Below, in pieces: positions 36,327 to 45,581 of a DNA stretch of 64,000 bases (positions are counted from its first letter, which is position 1; every line of letters starts with the position of its first letter). Location: IMG/VR virus record IMGVR_UViG_3300017963_000189; one strand, 5' to 3'. The translations under genes were made by a program, and so were the position numbers. The notes beneath the pieces are model-generated. The model was not told where the DNA came from. It searched no databases and was given only the letters and a program-made list of their open reading frames with translations. Source of the DNA: a virus. Lineage: Duplodnaviria > Caudoviricetes.

Positions 36327-36872
36327 TTATTGTAATATATTCTCCACTTGATACATGACCATTTTGGCTTGTATTGTATCTAAATCGTGAAATCTCTTTT
36401 TCGCCCAAGCTTTGACTTTTGCACTCGGCTTGTAATCAAACTCAACATATTCCTTCAAAGTCTTTTTGTGTTTCTTTGGAAGTTTGTTGAATTTCTCAAT
36501 CAAGTTTTTGACCATCTTTTTGTCAGGTATTGAAATGTTCTCCGTAAATAATTGTTGTTTTGACTTCTCAACAACTTTTACTTCATTCACTAACACTTGA
36601 CGTTTTTCAATCAAATATTCTTCTCTCAAAGGCTCAAATACTACATCCTTTACCTTTACTTCCATTGACGCCTTTCCCTTTGGATTTTTGAAATTGTCCA
36701 TCGGTGGTAATTGGATTTTACAATTACCTAATACGTCAATCGTTCCTTCGAATACTCGATTTACATCCTCGTCTTGTAATACCAATCGCGCGGTCGCATC
36801 CTTTAATTCTGCTCCCTCAATCTTGATTTTACATTCCAAAACTTGTTTACGATCACTATGAAATCTTAACAT
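36327..36872 (-). CDS. Hypothetical protein
   Basis: ORF track; beta-rich N-half, basic helical C-half; GGAGA SD. Confidence 0.7.
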   Translation of the reverse strand: MLRFHSDRKQVLECKIKIEGAELKDATARLVLQDEDVNRVFEGTIDVLGNCKIQLPPMDNFKNPKGKASMEVKVKDVVFEPLREEYLIEKRQVLVNEVKVVEKSKQQLFTENISIPDKKMVKNLIEKFNKLPKKHKKTLKEYVEFDYKPSAKVKAWAKKRFHDLDTIQAKMVMYQVENILQ

Positions 36873-36884
36873 TATTTATCTCCA

Positions 36885-39743
36885 TTAAAATTGATGTCCA
36901 CCTTCACACCATTTTGTATATCTCGCAGTTAAATTTATAATAGCAACATTACCATCATACGGATCACCTACTGGACGTTCTATTGATACCCACAACATAT
37001 CACCAAATGAACCGCTTCCTCGACGAGAAACCATATCATCAACTGTCAAGTCAACATCATATGTTTTTTGTACATTGAGAGCAGATGGCGGAGGCACACT
37101 AATAGACATTGATTGTTGTGATCCATTTCCGGCATATGTTGGAGCATCACCCGTACCAGTATAAACACCATCACCATCACCAGAATATCCCCAACGAATA
37201 TTCCAAGATATATTATTTGCTTCGGTTGTTGTTCCAATAACAGACCACCTTATTTGAATTGGACAACTTGTATCCAAATCTTCAGGTAAATAGGCATTCA
37301 AACCAATCCTATCTGTTGCCCCATTGGCGAATAAGTTTTCAAGACGACCAACATCTAATGTGTCGCTCAAATAAACGTCTTGATTACCTGGTGAAGCTGC
37401 AGCAGCTTGAACCAAGTTTTGATCCCACGGTAATGTTCCCCACGGTCTTGCACGACCAAAATATTCCATAAATCCATCTTCATTTATTTCCATTCTATTT
37501 GAATGTACCTTTACTTGATCTAACTTTACTGACCTTGATATAGGAGATGTTATTCTCCAGCGTGTCCAATATAAGTCAGTTCCATATCCAACCGGATCAT
37601 TCTTTTCCCAATCTTGACCCATTCTCCAATCAAATCTATATTGAAATGAACCAGTACGACCAGTTTGTGATAAACCTAATGGAAGATATTCGGCGGATGC
37701 TTCAGTTACCATATGATTATATTTCTTCCATCCACCTGCAGTATAATATTCACCAATAACAAGTCCACTACCAGTTTCTAATGCTTCTATTGAAGTCATT
37801 TTTTGACCAAATACTTTTTTGTAACCAACAGAATCCCGCATAGTAGAAGCAAAATAAAGCATATTGTCACTACCAGTATTAGTAAACTCAACATATAAAC
37901 CATCATCTATTGTACTTCCCGACACAGTTACATCTTTATATGTCAATGTTCCAGTATCAAAAGTATAAATCAACATTCCACGAGTATACGAATCACCTTC
38001 ACCAAGACAAGTTTCAGATGGAAATTCTGGTGAACCAACATGAAGTTCTCCAATAACATTTAATCCTTCATCACCTGTTACATCAGATAAAAATGATGTA
38101 TATATGCCAGCACTTTGTGTTACGTCAAGTTTTGTACTATCAAACTCATTTCCATTACCAAAGAATTCGCCGGTCGGCGACAAAACTTGTAAATCATATT
38201 CGACAGAGTTTTGAGCGGAAATACTATTACCAACTAATTTAGAATTTGATCCGCTATTTCCTACTTGAGCTGAAATAAGCGCATATTCTACATCACAAGC
38301 CGTTATATGCATTTCTCCACCATCGTTTACAGAAAATGGGCGGTTCACATGATGAAATGACAAAGCAACTCCATCTACTTTTGATGCTGTACCATTATAT
38401 GAACCTTCACATAATATACCAAAACTATTTGTACCAGTATTTGTAGCCGGAACAATATGAAAAGTAGAAACATCCGCATGACTTCCACTTGTTACCCATA
38501 AACCTTTATTTATATTTTTACTTCTTGTTGATAAACCCGATACAATAAGATCTGATGCCGTACCTTCAGAAATAATAGCTGCCGTATCAATGGGCGTTTG
38601 AAGTAATATTTCAAATCCAGTAACCCTAACCGTTCCATTTTTTAAGTGTAAAAATCTATCAGTAGAACCTCCACTATAATTAACATACGTCTTATACATT
38701 GTAACACCGATATTTGGATTATCTACCTCAATACAATAACTACAACTATTGAATAATATATTTTCTATTGGAATACCACCCGCTTCATTAAGTAAAATTA
38801 CAGGTACAGTTCCATAATGTTCAAGTTGAAGATTCGCTATTGCTCCTCTATTACTGAATGTAAACAAATTTTCGCTATTATTATTAGCTCGTAAAACCGT
38901 CGAATACCAAGACCCTTGCCCCATTACAGATACATATGTTGGTATATGAATAGGATTATCTTCATAGTAAATACCAGGTCCTACGGAAACTACATATCTA
39001 TTTACATTTGAACTATCATTTATTGAAGCAACGGCACCACTAACATTTGTAAAATCGCCACCCGACGCTTCAACGCGAATGGTTTTTATATTATATTCTT
39101 TCACTTCCCCAACATCCAACAAAAGCCTTCCCGTAAACGGATCGGATTTTAAAACATGACCTACTTGAATTGCATAATTTGGAGGCGTAGGCTTATCTCC
39201 AGTTAATTCACCAGCAACAGTAGGTGAAAGATATGCCACTTCACCTTCACTAATACCACTCGTATCTATATCATTTACTATACCAAATGATGTTATATAT
39301 CCAATAGAACCGGTTTCTATATCATGTGTTGCAACACCAACTACATTTTCTGACGTTTGAAGTTTATCAGCTTGAGCAAGATACGCATTTGGAATAGAGT
39401 CACCACCGGTTGAACCACTAATATAAACTGCTGATCCATTTGTAAGAGGCACACCATTATCATTATATACCCTTACCCACATTTCTTGACCAACTTGTAA
39501 TGTTATGTCACTTTCATCATTGTATACTGCTAATGCTTTTGAACTACTATCGTAAAATATCAATCCCTCTTTCCATGATGGATTTGGCACATCAGTAGCA
39601 AGTTGTATCTCACTCGCGGTCAATTCAATCGGAATAGGATCACCACGACCATCTAATAACTTATTACTTCCCGATTCATATTGTACAACTCTATGATAAG
39701 TAGCACTTATTCTTTGTCCTCTTAAATCATATTGTCCTGGCAT
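36885..39743 (-). CDS. Virion fibre/spike-like protein with probable beta-helix region
   Basis: GEVAYLSPTVAG...QVGHV segment; VEASGGDFT...AVASI...VGPGIYYE pectin-lyase-like entry; G/S/T-rich. Confidence 0.6.
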   Translation of the reverse strand: MPGQYDLRGQRISATYHRVVQYESGSNKLLDGRGDPIPIELTASEIQLATDVPNPSWKEGLIFYDSSSKALAVYNDESDITLQVGQEMWVRVYNDNGVPLTNGSAVYISGSTGGDSIPNAYLAQADKLQTSENVVGVATHDIETGSIGYITSFGIVNDIDTSGISEGEVAYLSPTVAGELTGDKPTPPNYAIQVGHVLKSDPFTGRLLLDVGEVKEYNIKTIRVEASGGDFTNVSGAVASINDSSNVNRYVVSVGPGIYYEDNPIHIPTYVSVMGQGSWYSTVLRANNNSENLFTFSNRGAIANLQLEHYGTVPVILLNEAGGIPIENILFNSCSYCIEVDNPNIGVTMYKTYVNYSGGSTDRFLHLKNGTVRVTGFEILLQTPIDTAAIISEGTASDLIVSGLSTRSKNINKGLWVTSGSHADVSTFHIVPATNTGTNSFGILCEGSYNGTASKVDGVALSFHHVNRPFSVNDGGEMHITACDVEYALISAQVGNSGSNSKLVGNSISAQNSVEYDLQVLSPTGEFFGNGNEFDSTKLDVTQSAGIYTSFLSDVTGDEGLNVIGELHVGSPEFPSETCLGEGDSYTRGMLIYTFDTGTLTYKDVTVSGSTIDDGLYVEFTNTGSDNMLYFASTMRDSVGYKKVFGQKMTSIEALETGSGLVIGEYYTAGGWKKYNHMVTEASAEYLPLGLSQTGRTGSFQYRFDWRMGQDWEKNDPVGYGTDLYWTRWRITSPISRSVKLDQVKVHSNRMEINEDGFMEYFGRARPWGTLPWDQNLVQAAAASPGNQDVYLSDTLDVGRLENLFANGATDRIGLNAYLPEDLDTSCPIQIRWSVIGTTTEANNISWNIRWGYSGDGDGVYTGTGDAPTYAGNGSQQSMSISVPPPSALNVQKTYDVDLTVDDMVSRRGSGSFGDMLWVSIERPVGDPYDGNVAIINLTARYTKWCEGGHQF

Positions 39744-39755
39744 AATTTATACCCC

Positions 39756-40160
39756 TCATATTATTTCAACGTTCTCTATCGTAACTTTATACTTTTCGTA
39801 TTCTTCTAAAACCAATTCCAAATCTTCTATCGTTACGTTGTATTCATTTATATCTTGTTCGGCAATATGGCGCACACCTTTAAGCGTCAAAATGACCTTG
39901 ACAACTTTTTTCTTATTTACATTGTCAATTTCATCCCACGCGTTCCAGGTATCTTGTTTCGTCCGGACGCCACCTCGGCTGCCACCATAGGCAACTTGTT
40001 TTAAAATCTCAACGACATCATCCGTCCACAAAGCAGCGGTTTCATTCCAAACTTCACCACTACTACCAGCTTGAACTTCTTTACCTTGATACCTTATTAC
40101 CGTTGTTTCAACTCCGTCCCACGTTAAAGGAGCATCAACCCATACATTTCTTTTCGCCAT
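39756..40160 (-). CDS. Hypothetical protein
   Basis: ORF track; GAGG SD; own upstream motif. Confidence 0.7.
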   Translation of the reverse strand: MAKRNVWVDAPLTWDGVETTVIRYQGKEVQAGSSGEVWNETAALWTDDVVEILKQVAYGGSRGGVRTKQDTWNAWDEIDNVNKKKVVKVILTLKGVRHIAEQDINEYNVTIEDLELVLEEYEKYKVTIENVEII

Positions 40161-40173
40161 ACTTTACCTCAAG

Positions 40174-40183
40174 TATAAATATA
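40174..40183 (-). promoter_or_regulatory. TATATTTATA motif
   Basis: 10-mer core, 14 nt upstream of 40160. Confidence 0.5.
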
Positions 40184-40186
40184 TAT

Positions 40187-41056
40187 TTATTTTACTTTCA
40201 TCTTTTTTAGTCGCCTTTTTAAGGCAAATCTATAATCATCTTTCTTTACCCACGTTCCTTTGATTGGCGATTTTCCTGAAGGCTCCCATTTGAAGTATAA
40301 TAATCTATCAACTACTCCATCATCTTTTTGACCATCAGCAACATAATTGTGAAACGCATTACTCATTTCTTTAGCATAGTTTACTATAATAGGAACACCT
40401 ACGCTACGTCCTTCATGTTCCTTTCTCCATTGATCACGCTGTATCGCTAACTCCGGAGATATGTGTAAACAAATAATCGTATTATGAAACCCTTTCTCTT
40501 TTGTTTTTTCTAATCGGGCTAACATCTTGTCAGATTTAGCACCGACAGTATCAATGATTAAAATATTTCCTGCACTCACTATTTTTGTTTTGAATAAATC
40601 TTTTTCTTTAGATTTCGCCAAATCTCGTATGTCAAAATATGTGGCATAATACGGCCTATAAAATGACTTATAAAAATATCGTAATCCCTTTTTACCATTC
40701 ATTTGCCACCACTCAAATGTTAAAGGAAATACTACTTTTTTTCCATCATTATCTTTATATTGAGTTTGTTTTACAAAAAGATCAATGTCTTGTGGCGATC
40801 CTTTAGATTTTTCCAACCAATTAAAATGTTTCTTCGCCGTTTCATACTGGGCAGCTAAAACTTGTTTGTCCGAATTAGTCACCTTATATCCACTAAAACC
40901 GGGAATATATCTCGTTATCTCATTATTAATGAATGTAGATTTTCCGGCGCCAGGAAGCCCCATGAGAACAATACATTGTTTTCCAATGTCCTCTTTGAAC
41001 TCATTGAGAACTTCATTTATCAACTCTCGTATTAGTTCCCGCATATTATTCCCCAT
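40187..41056 (-). CDS. P-loop kinase (zeta-toxin / AAA_33 / PNK-like) with class-B leader
   Basis: IVLMGLPGAGKST Walker A; ILIIDT; RDQWR lid-like segment. Alternative start at 41044 (MRELIRELINEVLNE, GGGGA SD). Confidence 0.7.
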   Translation of the reverse strand: MGNNMRELIRELINEVLNEFKEDIGKQCIVLMGLPGAGKSTFINNEITRYIPGFSGYKVTNSDKQVLAAQYETAKKHFNWLEKSKGSPQDIDLFVKQTQYKDNDGKKVVFPLTFEWWQMNGKKGLRYFYKSFYRPYYATYFDIRDLAKSKEKDLFKTKIVSAGNILIIDTVGAKSDKMLARLEKTKEKGFHNTIICLHISPELAIQRDQWRKEHEGRSVGVPIIVNYAKEMSNAFHNYVADGQKDDGVVDRLLYFKWEPSGKSPIKGTWVKKDDYRFALKRRLKKMKVK

Positions 41057-41283
41057 TATCTATTATATTTTTCACGATATTTAGCATGTAAAAATGCTAT
41101 ATACATTGATCCACTACCACCAGTATTACTTACCGTCATTCCATCAAGAATATACCCACCAGAAATTAAATCAGTTAATTCCTCAGAAAAACTTCCTGCT
41201 CCATTCAAAGTAGCATTGGATATTGTTGCGGTTGTGAAGTCACTTGCAGCATCATATGATCCTGTTTGAAAAGTTATCGACAT
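41056..41283 (-). CDS. Small hypothetical (probably structural) protein
   Basis: 75 aa, S/T/G-rich; AGGAGA SD. Confidence 0.6.
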   Translation of the reverse strand: MSITFQTGSYDAASDFTTATISNATLNGAGSFSEELTDLISGGYILDGMTVSNTGGSGSMYIAFLHAKYREKYNR

Positions 41284-41285
41284 TA

Positions 41286-42734
41286 TTATTCTCCTATTGT
41301 TTTATACATTCTATCTGTTATAGCAAAAGCTTGTTTTTTCGTCAATCCGGGATTTCCTAACAACTCACTATCTATTGCTTTTAATAATTGTCCTATTATC
41401 ATCCCGTGTGTTTTATTATTTATTTTATATCGTTTCATTATATCATTTCCATCTATCGGGCGTTTCAGCACATCTGGCTCACTTTCAAGGGCTTTCAATC
41501 TATCCTTCAACTTTGGGATTTGTAACGGCATATTATAATCATCCGCATGACTTATATTGTCAGCATGAATTAAATCCAATGTTGTTTGTAAGTGATCTTT
41601 CATATCATTTTTTAACTTCCTCAAAGTCTTATCAGTTACTCCCTCACTCTCTCCACCATATTGTTTTGTCCTCATATGATTTTGTATAGCTTTTTTAACC
41701 TTAATGACAACTTCTTTTGGATATTTTAATCGTCGTAAAATAGCTTCCGCCATTTCCGCACTCACATCTTCGTGTTCGTAAAAATGAACTTCGTTATCAA
41801 CTACCTTTTTGGTTGTCGCCTTTCCAATGTCGTGAAATAGGGCGGCGAGGCGAGTCTCTAACTCAGGTGGAGTATTCTTCAATACTTCCAATGTGTGCTT
41901 CATTGCGTCAAATTTGTGATACTTATTTTGTTCTAATCCCTTCAACTCGTCTAACTCATGAGCAACATACTTATTCAAGTTAGTCATTTGTAATAAACGA
42001 ACCGCTTTGTCAGGAGCTTTACTTATCATCATTTTACTTAACTCACTCATTACCCTCTCAGCACTTATCGTCTTTAACATATGTGAGTTACGCTTTAACG
42101 CTTTGATCATGAACATAGGTAAATCCCAACCATACTTTACGGTAAACCGGATCGCTCTTAACATCCTCAATGGATCATCTTTGAAGATGACATCAGGATC
42201 TAATGGAGTTTGGACAACACCTTTCTTTAGATCAGTTTTACCCATTCCTGTAAGATCAAGGATTTCGCCAGTCGTTAAATCTTTCAGGAGTGAGTTTACT
42301 GTAAAGTCTCGGCGTTCAACGTCATCCTTCAGGGATCCTGGAGAAACCTTTGGTTTTCTATCTCCAAGTTTATATTGTTCCTTACGAGTCATTACGGCTT
42401 CAATCTCAATCTTACTCAAATCATATCCTTTATGATTCACTCCATATAAACGAAACGCAGCAGTACCGAATTTAGGATATACAACAGGATTCGAACCTTT
42501 CTTGTATATCTTTAGTTCCTTTGTAATCCACTCGGCAAACTTTATTCCACCTTGCGGAAACTCGATAACAATGTCTATGTCCTTTGGATTAAGACCGAGT
42601 AACTCGTCTCTTACATATCCACCTGCAAGAAATACTTTTCCTTTCCACTTTGATTTCTTTACCATTTTAGAAAGAAAATCTACCGCAGCTCGATCTATCG
42701 CTCCCTCTTGTAATAAGTTTTTTAGTTTAATCAT
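41286..42734 (-). CDS. cca: Class II CCA-adding tRNA nucleotidyltransferase with HD domain
   Basis: AGGYVRD.LLG..PKDIDI (motif A), RKEQY...RKP loop, DDVERRDFTVN (motif B), FKDDPLRMLRAIRF (motif D), ERV, and ALFHDIGK HD motif. Confidence 0.93.
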   Translation of the reverse strand: MIKLKNLLQEGAIDRAAVDFLSKMVKKSKWKGKVFLAGGYVRDELLGLNPKDIDIVIEFPQGGIKFAEWITKELKIYKKGSNPVVYPKFGTAAFRLYGVNHKGYDLSKIEIEAVMTRKEQYKLGDRKPKVSPGSLKDDVERRDFTVNSLLKDLTTGEILDLTGMGKTDLKKGVVQTPLDPDVIFKDDPLRMLRAIRFTVKYGWDLPMFMIKALKRNSHMLKTISAERVMSELSKMMISKAPDKAVRLLQMTNLNKYVAHELDELKGLEQNKYHKFDAMKHTLEVLKNTPPELETRLAALFHDIGKATTKKVVDNEVHFYEHEDVSAEMAEAILRRLKYPKEVVIKVKKAIQNHMRTKQYGGESEGVTDKTLRKLKNDMKDHLQTTLDLIHADNISHADDYNMPLQIPKLKDRLKALESEPDVLKRPIDGNDIMKRYKINNKTHGMIIGQLLKAIDSELLGNPGLTKKQAFAITDRMYKTIGE

Positions 42735-43183
42735 TAAAATATTCTCTTTAATATAAATTTATATTGTGGATTTTTTTGTTGAACTTTCTTTACACTTTTT
42801 TTAAGATATTTCATTAATTGCATTTCTTTAAACCAATCAACATCAGGATAAGTTGATTCACTCAAATAAAATGTATTAGAATCACCTTTTCTTTGCCAGT
42901 AAATATATCCCTTTTTAATCATGTCGCCAAACGCTTTCGGCCAATTCCGTGTATCCCAATCAGCAGACTTATCCTTTGTATGACCCTTATTTTTTAACCA
43001 TCTTTCTAAATCCATATGAATAGCAAAATATTGATCGTCCATTACATATAAATTACCTTGTGGATCGCTCAATCCTCTCAATGCAGGCGCCATACGTTTT
43101 ATGGATTTGGGATTTTTGTATACTTCTATACTACCAAGATTACCAAGTAATTCTTCTTTTATTAATTTTTTTAGTTTAATCAT
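42734..43183 (-). CDS. Hypothetical protein, YKNPKS family
   Basis: MIKLKKLIKE leader; paralog of 1721..2080. Confidence 0.8.
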   Translation of the reverse strand: MIKLKKLIKEELLGNLGSIEVYKNPKSIKRMAPALRGLSDPQGNLYVMDDQYFAIHMDLERWLKNKGHTKDKSADWDTRNWPKAFGDMIKKGYIYWQRKGDSNTFYLSESTYPDVDWFKEMQLMKYLKKSVKKVQQKNPQYKFILKRIF

Positions 43184-43187
43184 AATT

Positions 43188-43634
43188 TTACCAATATGGT
43201 GGCTCAGGTATAAACTTCAAGCCAGGATTTTTCGCCTTTATTTTCGGTATATGCTGTTTTATTATCTTTTGGTATTCCTTCCAATCATATCCGCCATCTT
43301 GCATTACCACATTGACAGATTCACTCAAATAAAACTTATTCGTATTTCCGTTACGTATCCAACCAATGTAACCTCTTTTCATTCCTTTCGCTATTTTATC
43401 CATGTAATAAAATATTTCAGATGGAATTTTTACTCCAAATGGTTTTAGGTATTTCTCTATATCTGCGTGAATTATATTGTAATAATCAACTACATAAAAA
43501 TCTCCACTTGGAACACTAACACCTTTTATATCATCATCCATTCGTTTTACACTTTTAGGATTTTTATATATCTCATATCCATCTTTAGTTGTTCCTACAA
43601 AATCCTCTTTTATTAATTTTTTTAGTTTAATCAT
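43188..43634 (-). CDS. Hypothetical protein, YKNPKS family
   Basis: Start moved to 43634 (MIKLKKLIKE, AGGAG SD). Confidence 0.8.
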   Translation of the reverse strand: MIKLKKLIKEDFVGTTKDGYEIYKNPKSVKRMDDDIKGVSVPSGDFYVVDYYNIIHADIEKYLKPFGVKIPSEIFYYMDKIAKGMKRGYIGWIRNGNTNKFYLSESVNVVMQDGGYDWKEYQKIIKQHIPKIKAKNPGLKFIPEPPYW

Positions 43635-45384
43635 CGCCAAACTCCTTCTTTCCATATCTCGCTGATTGTGGTTTTCTTATCATAAACTCACTCTTGTATA
43701 CTTTTATTGGACGTTTTTCAACAGACTCGGCGAAAATTACGATGTCGTCTAATAATTTCTTGTGTCGTTGTAATGATTTTTTGGTAGCAGTAAATCCTAT
43801 TTCCCCTTTTCTACCGGAAATTCTTACCCAACCGTCCTTCATCGCTTCGTTGATAACCGCTTCATATATTATAGACCACTCATTAGCATCAGCATGAGCT
43901 AATCGAGATTTGAATGGCTTAAACTTACCTACATTTTTTACTAACCAATCAACGTGTTCTAATTCCGGAACAGCATGAACTTGACCCTTTGGATCAACTA
44001 AACCATTTCTACCTTTAGCAATTTTTACCAACTCGTCCGATTGATCTTCATATAAAATAATTATTTCACGTATCAAATCTTTGAATCTAATTACTCCATC
44101 ACCTAAACCCTTACGCATTCTATGACGAGCTGCGGCAGGAAGTTCGCCTTTCTTGGCGCCCCGTACATCTTTCTTCGATCCCATTCCTTTAGGTACTTGC
44201 TTGTCCTTTTTAAGCATTGGTGAAACCGCATGAGATTTTCCCTTTCCAACTTGTTTTTCACTTCCTTGATAATCTTCTAACGGTATTAATTTTTGAGCCG
44301 TTCCTGCAGGAAAATCATCCCACGCGCCCCAGCGTTTATCTTTTGGATCATATATTTTTCCACCTTTATCTAAAATTTCTATCTTATATCCATTATTCCA
44401 AATCTTTATCGTTTTTCCATGTTCTTCTTTAAATGCATCTTCAATCTTAGATACAATAGATTTCATTTGGTTCTTTTTTGGAAATTCCCAGAATGTAATA
44501 ACTTTCTTTTTATACCAAAGGCGACCCGGAAATTTCAATGATTTTCGTGATAACCAACCATCTGGCGATTGCATGTCTCCGTGTGTATATCCTTCACTAC
44601 CGACATACATTTTATTTTTCCACATACCAAAAGGTACGGCATTTCTATGCCATTCTAAATTATATTTTCCTATACTTACTCCATCAGGATTTTCTAATAA
44701 TAATTCTCCAAGTTTTATTGTTCCATCACCTAAACCTTTACGAATACGATGTCTGGCAGCAGCAGGTGTCTCTCCCTTTCGTTGTCCTTTTACCTTTTTC
44801 TTTGATCCCATGCCCATAGGAACTTCGCGTCTACCTTTCTTGAGTAACGGAGATTTCATATGTGAGATTTCTTTACCACGTTGTTTTTGACTTCCCTCAT
44901 ACTTCTCTATTGGAATTAACATCAAATCACCTTGTACATCGTATGCATCCCATGAAGGCTCTCTCGGATCGTCTTCTCGTGAATCCGGACGATATATTTT
45001 TCCACCTTTATCTATTACCTCTACTTGCCATCCGTTATTCCAAATCTTTAACCCTGACCCACGTTCTAACTTAGATATAATACTCTTGATTTGATTTTGT
45101 TTTGGAAATTCCCAAAATGATATGACTTTATCCTCGGCCCATAACCTACCGGGATATTTGTAATCTCCCCGCAAATATGGGAAATCATCATAATCTTTTT
45201 CCTTTATTTCGCCACGATCTAATAAATGATCACGGATCGCGAAATGAACTCCACCAGGATCACTGAAATAGGCTTTACCTTTGTGTATTCCAAATGCGTG
45301 AGCGTCACCTTCAGTATAACTTAAACGTGTATTACCTACATATACACCATCAGGGTTCTCTCTCAACAATTTTTTTAGTTTCAT
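43627..45384 (-). CDS. Polyprotein with two tandem ~210-aa modules plus a C-terminal module
   Basis: ENPDG...PGRLW...FWEFPK...KIWNNG...DKGGKIY...PAAARHR.RKGLGDG occurs twice. Confidence 0.8.
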   Translation of the reverse strand: MKLKKLLRENPDGVYVGNTRLSYTEGDAHAFGIHKGKAYFSDPGGVHFAIRDHLLDRGEIKEKDYDDFPYLRGDYKYPGRLWAEDKVISFWEFPKQNQIKSIISKLERGSGLKIWNNGWQVEVIDKGGKIYRPDSREDDPREPSWDAYDVQGDLMLIPIEKYEGSQKQRGKEISHMKSPLLKKGRREVPMGMGSKKKVKGQRKGETPAAARHRIRKGLGDGTIKLGELLLENPDGVSIGKYNLEWHRNAVPFGMWKNKMYVGSEGYTHGDMQSPDGWLSRKSLKFPGRLWYKKKVITFWEFPKKNQMKSIVSKIEDAFKEEHGKTIKIWNNGYKIEILDKGGKIYDPKDKRWGAWDDFPAGTAQKLIPLEDYQGSEKQVGKGKSHAVSPMLKKDKQVPKGMGSKKDVRGAKKGELPAAARHRMRKGLGDGVIRFKDLIREIIILYEDQSDELVKIAKGRNGLVDPKGQVHAVPELEHVDWLVKNVGKFKPFKSRLAHADANEWSIIYEAVINEAMKDGWVRISGRKGEIGFTATKKSLQRHKKLLDDIVIFAESVEKRPIKVYKSEFMIRKPQSARYGKKEFGDD

Positions 45385-45581
45385 TACTTGATCTCTCTTG
45401 ATAGTTTAGCTATATCAATCATATATGGTTTTAACATTTCTAAAGCTTTCTTATATGTCTCAGGATCTTTATCCTTTAACGCTCTCTTAATAAGTGATAA
45501 AGATAATTCGGCTTTTTGATTTATCACTTTTATATGACCTTTCGCCTTTCCACTTACCAAATCTTTTAATTTAGGTATCAT
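45384..45581 (-). CDS. Small hypothetical protein
   Basis: Start moved to 45581 (MIPKLKDLVS, AGGAG SD, ATGA overlap). Confidence 0.65.
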   Translation of the reverse strand: MIPKLKDLVSGKAKGHIKVINQKAELSLSLIKRALKDKDPETYKKALEMLKPYMIDIAKLSREIK

